Source: a virus (lineage: Duplodnaviria; Caudoviricetes). Taken from it: 64,000 bases of DNA. Below the pieces are notes generated by a model that ran no database searches, had not been told where the DNA came from, and was given only the letters and a program-made list of their open reading frames with translations. The stretch lies in IMG/VR virus record IMGVR_UViG_2602041658_000005, positions 1 through 64,000 of that record. The stretch is one strand, 5' to 3'. Positions 57,089-64,000 of the stretch are shown here, piece by piece (the stretch's first letter is position 1; each line of letters starts with the position of its first letter). The position numbers and the translations under genes are program-made.

Positions 57089-57611
57089 AGCACAAATACA
57101 TAAGGCTATGGAAGAATTTCTTCTTGGCATAGAGAAGGACTTGGAGAAGAGGTGCCGCTTTATATGTGAAGAGCTGATTGATGAGGCTATAAAGAACAGA
57201 GAGGGAAGCAAGGGTAAACACGACTTCACGGGAAACTTTCTTAACAGCATCGTTGTGTGTTTGTATAAAAAAGGAAGCCCTTTAGTGGCTTATTCTGCAG
57301 CAGAAAAAGTGGGCAAAAGACCTATACAAAAGAAGATGTCTGCGGTAAGAAAGCGATATATCTTTGAGAAAGACTATGAGGAAAGTAAAAGTCAATATAA
57401 GCCCGAGCAGTATACAGATATGGGGTATGGTAACGTTGACGCGATACGGTTTTTTCAAAGCTACCGTCCAAAAGGGAACTTTTTATTTGACATAGTAGTG
57501 GCGTACCCTGTGGAATATGCCTCTTTTATAGAAATAAAGCGAGGCACAGCAGGATATTTTAAGACAAAAGAAGAAGCAAAAAATATAGCTATAACATATT
57601 TAGGAATTTAA
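57075..57611 (+). CDS. Putative neck/tail-completion protein (HK97 gp10-like)
   Basis: DFTGNFLNSI, VEYASFIE. Confidence 0.6.
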   Translation: MSEIKAQIHKAMEEFLLGIEKDLEKRCRFICEELIDEAIKNREGSKGKHDFTGNFLNSIVVCLYKKGSPLVAYSAAEKVGKRPIQKKMSAVRKRYIFEKDYEESKSQYKPEQYTDMGYGNVDAIRFFQSYRPKGNFLFDIVVAYPVEYASFIEIKRGTAGYFKTKEEAKNIAITYLGI

Positions 57612-57615
57612 CATT

Positions 57616-58029
57616 ATGGCGAAACCTATAACATACAACATATTAAACTCTTTATGTAAAGCGGTGAAGACGACAGGTATAAAATATTTATACGTTATAA
57701 ACCGTCCTGACGTGTCGCATGAGCAGACAGAGTTTGTCGTAATAGATTTGCCATCAGAGATAAAGCGTAAAACAAAAGGAGAAGATGACTTTTTGTTAGA
57801 AACAGAAGGTATATTCTATTTAGGTGTGAAGAGCAAGGGGAATAATACACCTAATATAGAAAAACAAACAGAGTTAGCTCAAAAGCTAATGAACTTGTTC
57901 CCTATACAAGACGACTATATAGTAGCTACGCGTCCCTCACTACTATTTGAGGGTAGCGATAAAAGCAATTTTCAGATAACAACAATAGCATTTAACATCC
58001 GCACAAAAATAAATTCGTTTAATCATTAG
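57616..58029 (+). CDS. Putative tail terminator
   Basis: Size and position before tail tube. Confidence 0.5.
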   Translation: MAKPITYNILNSLCKAVKTTGIKYLYVINRPDVSHEQTEFVVIDLPSEIKRKTKGEDDFLLETEGIFYLGVKSKGNNTPNIEKQTELAQKLMNLFPIQDDYIVATRPSLLFEGSDKSNFQITTIAFNIRTKINSFNH

Positions 58030-58041
58030 AAGGGAAAGAAT

Positions 58042-58629
58042 ATGGCATTTAGTAGGAAAATAGACATGCAGGGAGATGTGTTCAATGGTATATCTTCCGT
58101 ATTCGCAGTAAAAGATGGTATTAAAACATCTGGTAACGCTGCAACTCTTAAAGACAGCGAGATGATAGAGTTTCCTGTATCAGAAGAGTCGGGTTTTAGT
58201 TTTGATACCGGCGCCCCAAGCGTGGATCATTTTAAGGTAAAGGGTTTGCAAGCAGACTGGGTATCAAAGTTTAAACCCGGTGATGGTGAGGTGAAGTTGG
58301 AAGTTCCATGTAACAACACCGGAATTATGGAATTTTGTGGTTTCGTGGGTAATGATACTACTCTTACTCTTCCTCAAGGCTTTTCAGTAGGAGGAAAAGG
58401 TAAGATAAAGGGTAAAACATTCGCATCGACACAGAAAGCTATTTATTTAGGTATTCTTGTTCTTAACGATAGTGAGGACAAGGTATTATACGTAAAGAAG
58501 GTGAAGTTTATGGCGCAGCTTGTTTTTGACGGCTCTAACAAACCTTTGTGTGTAACACTAACAGGTAGCGTAGCCGCTGGGGCAGATAGCGATGCTTTTG
58601 GCATCTTAGTGCCTGACGCTACTGCATAA
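58042..58629 (+). CDS. Major tail (tube) protein
   Basis: 195 aa, beta-rich; followed by hairpin 58662-58698 and chaperone genes. Confidence 0.65.
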   Translation: MAFSRKIDMQGDVFNGISSVFAVKDGIKTSGNAATLKDSEMIEFPVSEESGFSFDTGAPSVDHFKVKGLQADWVSKFKPGDGEVKLEVPCNNTGIMEFCGFVGNDTTLTLPQGFSVGGKGKIKGKTFASTQKAIYLGILVLNDSEDKVLYVKKVKFMAQLVFDGSNKPLCVTLTGSVAAGADSDAFGILVPDATA

Positions 58630-58723
58630 AATAAATATTGTTTAATAAAAAAAGTAAGCCAAAGGGGCAGTGGTAGTATTGTTGCCGCTGTCCCTTTTAA
58701 AATATAAGAAAAGGAGAAGATAT

Positions 58724-59296
58724 ATGGAAGAAGAACCTATAGTAAGACAGCCGAGCGAAGAGGAACAAAGGGTATATCAATCGGCACGAGATAATGACCC
58801 TACGATAGTACGCATACCTCAGACAAACAAAGAGTATAAGCTGCGTTGGCTAAAATATTGTCAGACGAGAAAACTTGGAAGAGTGCTTTTGAACAAGCAG
58901 AAGAGCGATGACAAAGACAAAGAACAATCAAACCTAAGCGAGGCAGATATAGTAATAAAGGATAGCAAGATAGCTTGTAAGGCGGCTGCTATATTCTTGC
59001 TTGACGGAATGTTTAAACTAAACTTTTTTTATTGGTTTTTGTGGCGTTGGTTTTACTACATAAAAGAGTATAGCTATACGCAGTTATTACCATTACTTAC
59101 AGAGGGTAAAAAAAAAGTACCTCTAATGCAGTACTTCGGAGCTACCACATCACTGATAGGGGTAAAGGATACGCTACTGCAGATGACGACAAAGGAAGTA
59201 GAACGTATCCTCCAAGAACTGGGTTCGGAGCAGCCCACACAGGAGCAAAGCACAGAGAATGGCTCGTCAAAACAAGGTACTTCCTCTTCGGACTGA
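58724..59296 (+). CDS. Tail assembly chaperone (G-like)
   Basis: Between tail tube and tape measure; A9 slippery run 59108-59116. Confidence 0.7.
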   Translation: MEEEPIVRQPSEEEQRVYQSARDNDPTIVRIPQTNKEYKLRWLKYCQTRKLGRVLLNKQKSDDKDKEQSNLSEADIVIKDSKIACKAAAIFLLDGMFKLNFFYWFLWRWFYYIKEYSYTQLLPLLTEGKKKVPLMQYFGATTSLIGVKDTLLQMTTKEVERILQELGSEQPTQEQSTENGSSKQGTSSSD

Positions 59297-59538
59297 TACC
59301 GGTAAAAATGTATGAGTACTATTACGTATATACTATCGCACAAATAGAACTAATGAATATAGATGTTCCTATGACTTGTTATAGGCACGAAAGAGGCAAA
59401 AACGACCCGCCATCGAGAAAAGAGATGGATAATGCTGTGAAAAAGTGGGAAGAGCGCAAGAAACATAGGAAATGGAAAATGGAAGACCTATTAAAAGGAA
59501 AATTACCAAAGGAAGAAAAACAATTAAAAAAAGAGTAA
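59110..59538 (+). CDS. Tail assembly chaperone T-like extension (-1 frame)
   Basis: -1 frame has TAA at 59107-59109, then is open from 59110 to TAA 59538, including track ORF 59308..59538. Confidence 0.6.
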   Translation, partial: KKSTSNAVLRSYHITDRGKGYATADDDKGSRTYPPRTGFGAAHTGAKHREWLVKTRYFLFGLIPVKMYEYYYVYTIAQIELMNIDVPMTCYRHERGKNDPPSRKEMDNAVKKWEERKKHRKWKMEDLLKGKLPKEEKQLKKE

Positions 59539-59542
59539 AGCT

Positions 59543-62500
59543 ATGTCTAATAACAACATATTAAAATTTATCGTAGCTATAGAGGATCAAGCTACAAAGG
59601 GCTTAGATGAGATAGAAAGACGCCTTAACTCTATGGTGGACTATTTTAAATCATCGACTACGAACATAAATAAAATACTCGGGGGTATAGGTGGCAAGGA
59701 AAATGCACAAGGTGTAGAGAGCTTTACGAAGATCCTTTCCGAAGTGCAAGCATCTTTGAAGAAAGATGTGGGTGATGTGCCTTTGTTTAAATCTGTAATG
59801 GAGCAGATGATGCAATTGCAAAAATTTATAGGTAGCAATTCTTTGAAAGAAGAGATAGAAAAGGTGCGTGCGAGTATAAACAACCTATTTACAGAAGTTC
59901 CAAAGGTAAATCCGGGTGCTTTTAATGCTTATTTCCAAGAGTTAAACAAGGCTTATGAGACTTTTAGAGGGAAGCTCTCTGGAGGCAAGAGCTTCTACTT
60001 AACAGAGGGGTTAGGAGCAGATATTTCCCGTTTAGGCTCGATAAGCGGTGGTGATACGTATAAAGATATGCAGGCGCAAGTGGAAGCAGTGAAATTAGCT
60101 TTATTAAAATCAATGAAAGAGATAAACGAAGCTATAAACGTTACGAAAGGTCTGTTTTCAAATAACGGCATTGATTTTGGGAAAGTGAGTGAAAAGGTAG
60201 AGAAGTTGACTGCAAATATAGACGTTTTAGCCACAGCTTTTAGGAATCTTAATGGGGTTATAAAAGACGAAAAACTATTAAACACTGCGGCAGGTATAGG
60301 TGAATCTATAAGAATCGTAAAAGGCTCTGTAAAAGTTCTTCAAGAGGGAAGTGCTAACATGCGTGTGAAAGAAGATTTTGACGAAGCTGCAAAAAGTATA
60401 TATAGAGCGCGTGCGGAAATAGAACGACTAATTCCTCTTCAGGAAAAGCTACAGAAGCAGATAGATATAGCGAAGTTCTTGGGTCTTGATAGCGAGAAGA
60501 TAGAGAAAGCTCAAGCAGAAATGTTACGTTTAAGAGAGATATTGTCAAGCATAACAAGAAGCCCGAACGGTCTTGCTAACGGAAAGGACGTACATAGAGA
60601 CGACCTCACAGGTCTTAACACTTCGCAGCTTATGGAAGCATATAGAGATGAGGTCATAAGAGCGAAGAACGCTTTGGCTACACAAACGCAAAGAAACTCA
60701 GAGACTTTAAAAAACGAAGCTCAAGCGCAGAAAGAAAATGAAATAGCTAAGAGGTCTAACTCGCAAGCTACAGAGGCTTTGATACAAAAGGAAAATCAGC
60801 TTAGCAACGCTATAGAGAAAGCAACAGGAAAAGGACGTGAGCATAGCCAAGTGATAAGCGACTTAAAGGGCATGGCTTTGCAATATCTTAGCGTGTGGGG
60901 TGCGCAACAGTTCTTAGTAGACATGGCTAACATAACAGGAGAGTTAGAACTGCAAAAAAAATCGCTCGAGGTGATACTGAATAGTGCCAGCGCGGCTCAG
61001 AACATGTATTCAGAGATACGCGACCTTTCGCAGATGTCGCCTTACTCTTTTGAAGACCTTTTAAAATCGCATAGACAATTAGCTGCCTTTGGTATTGAGA
61101 CTAAAGATGTATTTGGTACGTTAAAATCGCTATCGGACATAGGGGCAGGTTTAGATGTAGATGTATCTCGCCTCATATTAGCATACGGTCATACTCGGTC
61201 TTATGGGTACTTGTCGGGAATACAGAACAGGCAATTTGAAACAGCAGGTATAGACCTCGTGGGTGCTTTGACAGATAAGTATAACAAACTTGCAGCTGCA
61301 GAGAAGCGCGCAGGTAGGCAGGCAGAGTTTGTGTCGAGGAAAGACATCTTTAGCAGAATGAGAGATAGGAGCATTCCTTTTAGTGATGTGCAAGATGTTA
61401 TCATGGATCTTGATAAACCGGGTGGAAAATTTTATGACATGCAGATACGTCAGTTTGAAACTCTTGGTGGAAAGCTAAGAAACTTGCGTAATAACTACCG
61501 TATAATGATGTCGGAATTAGGCGAAGAGCATAAAGGACTACTTTACGGCGTGGTTAGCATAATAAACGAGTTGACAGAAAATTGGAACAGGTATTATCAT
61601 ATCTTGCGAAACGTAGCAATAGGTTATGGTGCTATAAAGGTAGCCGCTATGATGGCAGGGCGCGCAGGTAAGGCTGCAAACTTAGCTCTAACGGAATCGA
61701 TAAGGAAAAGACAAAGAGAGGCGGCGGTAGTAAACTATCTTAACGGGGACGTTGGGATAGGTAAAGCGTCAGGGGCAGGCTCTTCGTGGAGGTTGTTTAA
61801 AAAGAGTAAAGGAGTAGTAGCAAGCCGAGAGAACAACAACCTTGTAAGGAACTTAGCCCAAGACAGAGAGGTAAACAACCTTGTAAAGCAACGAATAGCT
61901 CTAACCTCAAAGCTGACCGTAGCGCAGAGAGCTTACCTTTTGCAATCGACGGGGGTAAATGCAGCAGAGGCACGTTCGATAGCTCTTTCAAGTGGTTGGA
62001 AGAGAGGCTTGTTGTCAGTGAGACTTGGCATTATAGGGGTAGCTCAAAGTTTTAAGGCTATGACGATAGCTATGCTTTCTAACCCTATGACATGGGTTTT
62101 TGCAGCCGTAGAGGCTTTTACATGGCTCGTAGATAGAATGGGCGCAGCTTCGAGGACGGCGGAAGAATTTAAAAACACAATAGAAGAGACAGCTCAAACA
62201 GACTTAGACGGCATAAAACAATCATTATCTACTTTTGAAGACGAGGGTATAATAACACGAAGAGCGAAAGACTCGTATAAAAGCTCGGAAGGTACGGCTT
62301 TTTTAACAGAAACGAAAGTGTCGGAAAAAGCGTTAGAGGATTATGGTGTAGAGAACGCCTTTGAAGAGTTAGACAGAGCTTTGCAAGTGCATTCCCCACT
62401 ATATAAAGGTGATTACTTTGATGTAGTGAAAGCAGGTAATCAGGTGGAGCAGGTGAAAGCTATGTTTAAGAAACTGGATAACATAGAATATGCTACGCAG

Positions 62501-64000
62501 ATACAAAATCTGAATAAAGAAAATATAGAAAAAGATATTAAATCTACAGGAGGGGTGTTTGATGATGATGTCATTGTGAACATGAATGACTATAACAAGG
62601 CTTACGAGAAAACGTTAGCTTCTATAAACTTGACTGATGAAAACTGGAGCAAGGTTTACGATAATGATAAGCGTGCGATAGAGGACTATATGAAAAAGTT
62701 GGGCATTAGTAAGAAAGAGGCAATAGCAAAATACATAGAAGATGTGGGTGTTGAGAGCTTCAGCAGCCTTTTTACGACACGTGCAGATGGCAGTACTGAC
62801 GGAGGGGTAAAAAGGTATAAGAGTACTAACAGCTTGAACAAAGCATTTAAAGAGGCTTCTGATGACATGAAGTTGATGAGTGGAGATATAGCCCTTATCT
62901 TAAAAGAATCTTTTAAAGGAAATACAGATGCAGGTGTAGAGTTTATAGAGAAAACTCTAAACCAAATGTTCTCACAAGCAAAGATAGGGAACGAGGACGT
63001 TAAAGCACACTTGTCAGATGGATTTTATAGCGTTGTCATAGCATCTTTGCGAAAAATGGGACAAAAAGAAGATGCGGACGCATACGAGAAGCAGCAAATG
63101 AACAGAAAGGTAGGTGCTATCCTTTTTGATAAAATAAAAACTCGAGTATCGGAAAAAAGCAGTCAAGGAGATAAGGTTAAAGCTGTTCAAGAAAGCCTAA
63201 AAGCTGCGATAGAAGCAGCAAAGAAAGGATCGAAAAATTTTGCAGCTTTCTGGAAAAAGTTAGGGAAGAAAGGTCAAGATGCGTTTAAAGCAGGGCTGAA
63301 CTTGTCAGGTATAAACTATGCTAACCTATTAACCAACATATCAGGATGGCAAAAACGCGCGATAAAAATGGGTGTGAGCGTTACTTTAGGAGCTGATGTG
63401 GACTATACAGAATTTATAAACAAAATACGCGATAAGATAAAAGAGGCTCGTGAAAAGCTAAAAGCAAATCAAGGGCGCATAAACTATATAATGGGTGTAA
63501 ACGTCAACCTTGACGTAAGGACTGTAGGGGACGCTAAAAAGCTGTTAGAGATGTTTCAGAAAAAGCGTAATGCTTTGCATCGTGCATGGGTAGCATTTGT
63601 AAAGAAATATCGAAGCAAAGACGGCTATATACATGATCCTCGCAAAGCTAAAGAAGCTATGAACCTTAAAGACCAATGGATGGAAATGGACGACATTTAT
63701 ATACCTATGGCTAAAGAAATGTTTGGAGATATAAAATATGTAAAGAGTGAGCATCAAGACTTAGAACCCGCTAAAGAGCATAGGTCGGCACCAACACATA
63801 AGCAAACAGGTGGCAAGAAGGGTAAAAAGAGCAGCTCGGCATTTGGTAGGAAAGAAGATAAATTAGCAAGAGATATTCGCTCGCAGGCTCAAATATTGGG
63901 AGAGGCATATTCAGAATATAAGAAATGGGAAGAGAAGATAGGTAATACCAAAGCCTTAAGCAAGGTGCAAGAGGAATTTTTTTGGAAAGGGGTCTGCTCT
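59543..64000 (+). CDS. Tape measure protein, runs off window end (not in ORF track)
   Basis: ATG 59543; tape-measure domain QKKSLEVIL...SPYSFEDL...RQLAAFG...RLILAYG at ~60950-61250; no stop seen. Confidence 0.88.
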   Translation, partial: MSNNNILKFIVAIEDQATKGLDEIERRLNSMVDYFKSSTTNINKILGGIGGKENAQGVESFTKILSEVQASLKKDVGDVPLFKSVMEQMMQLQKFIGSNSLKEEIEKVRASINNLFTEVPKVNPGAFNAYFQELNKAYETFRGKLSGGKSFYLTEGLGADISRLGSISGGDTYKDMQAQVEAVKLALLKSMKEINEAINVTKGLFSNNGIDFGKVSEKVEKLTANIDVLATAFRNLNGVIKDEKLLNTAAGIGESIRIVKGSVKVLQEGSANMRVKEDFDEAAKSIYRARAEIERLIPLQEKLQKQIDIAKFLGLDSEKIEKAQAEMLRLREILSSITRSPNGLANGKDVHRDDLTGLNTSQLMEAYRDEVIRAKNALATQTQRNSETLKNEAQAQKENEIAKRSNSQATEALIQKENQLSNAIEKATGKGREHSQVISDLKGMALQYLSVWGAQQFLVDMANITGELELQKKSLEVILNSASAAQNMYSEIRDLSQMSPYSFEDLLKSHRQLAAFGIETKDVFGTLKSLSDIGAGLDVDVSRLILAYGHTRSYGYLSGIQNRQFETAGIDLVGALTDKYNKLAAAEKRAGRQAEFVSRKDIFSRMRDRSIPFSDVQDVIMDLDKPGGKFYDMQIRQFETLGGKLRNLRNNYRIMMSELGEEHKGLLYGVVSIINELTENWNRYYHILRNVAIGYGAIKVAAMMAGRAGKAANLALTESIRKRQREAAVVNYLNGDVGIGKASGAGSSWRLFKKSKGVVASRENNNLVRNLAQDREVNNLVKQRIALTSKLTVAQRAYLLQSTGVNAAEARSIALSSGWKRGLLSVRLGIIGVAQSFKAMTIAMLSNPMTWVFAAVEAFTWLVDRMGAASRTAEEFKNTIEETAQTDLDGIKQSLSTFEDEGIITRRAKDSYKSSEGTAFLTETKVSEKALEDYGVENAFEELDRALQVHSPLYKGDYFDVVKAGNQVEQVKAMFKKLDNIEYATQIQNLNKENIEKDIKSTGGVFDDDVIVNMNDYNKAYEKTLASINLTDENWSKVYDNDKRAIEDYMKKLGISKKEAIAKYIEDVGVESFSSLFTTRADGSTDGGVKRYKSTNSLNKAFKEASDDMKLMSGDIALILKESFKGNTDAGVEFIEKTLNQMFSQAKIGNEDVKAHLSDGFYSVVIASLRKMGQKEDADAYEKQQMNRKVGAILFDKIKTRVSEKSSQGDKVKAVQESLKAAIEAAKKGSKNFAAFWKKLGKKGQDAFKAGLNLSGINYANLLTNISGWQKRAIKMGVSVTLGADVDYTEFINKIRDKIKEAREKLKANQGRINYIMGVNVNLDVRTVGDAKKLLEMFQKKRNALHRAWVAFVKKYRSKDGYIHDPRKAKEAMNLKDQWMEMDDIYIPMAKEMFGDIKYVKSEHQDLEPAKEHRSAPTHKQTGGKKGKKSSSAFGRKEDKLARDIRSQAQILGEAYSEYKKWEEKIGNTKALSKVQEEFFWKGVCS

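Noticed and set aside
59641-63757. Minus-strand ORFs in the track
   Set aside because: Antisense shadows of the tape measure gene, which the track omits because it has no stop in the window.
709-64000. Genome-wide TAG-to-Gln recoding (code 15)
   Set aside because: TerL, portal, MCP and tape measure have no in-frame TAG. TAG ends genes at natural C-termini (16830, 12597 before a terminator). In-frame downstream ATGs after TAG (18924, 21969, 41920, 56737, 58029) also occur often after TAA, and readthrough would give implausible structural fusions.
1-64000. DGR, retron, tRNA genes, attP site
   Set aside because: No reverse transcriptase motif, TR/VR pair, tRNA cloverleaf or att core recognised by eye; a computational scan could still find weak cases.

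Overview
About 64 kb of a tailed (siphovirus-like) phage or prophage of a Bacteroidota host, probably Prevotella-like (TAnnTTTG promoters, AT-rich leaders mostly lacking SD, DUF3127/DUF4494 genes). No host genes, tRNAs, rRNAs or CRISPR arrays are visible. Layout: (1) 1-23.7 kb, rightward early/middle arm with RuvC-like resolvase, SSB-like protein, lambda-O-like initiator with iterons, DnaC-like ATPase, stand-alone RNAP alpha-CTD, dUTPase, seven antirepressor-type genes, several DNA methyltransferases and an HNH endonuclease. (2) 24-29.5 kb, tyrosine recombinase, an eighth antirepressor with a C4-like RNA leader, a Panacea toxin-antitoxin pair and lipoproteins. (3) 29.5-38.6 kb, leftward block of small genes including an ArdA fusion, with a hairpin before most genes and an oriented TCGTAC motif. 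(4) 38.6-40.4 kb, non-coding tandem-repeat region, possibly the genome end or an origin. (5) D5-like helicase and accessory genes. (6) Leftward intein-containing TerL, portal and minor head genes, then rightward capsid, neck and tail genes; the tape measure gene runs off the window. Strongest unexplained signals: a split C5 methyltransferase surrounded by about 10 TRD-like modules, most encoded as separate coupled mini-ORFs absent from the ORF track; an internal palindrome in all eight antirepressor-type genes; and strong strand-specific enrichment of TCGTAC in the leftward block. All family assignments are by-eye motif recognition, not database searches.
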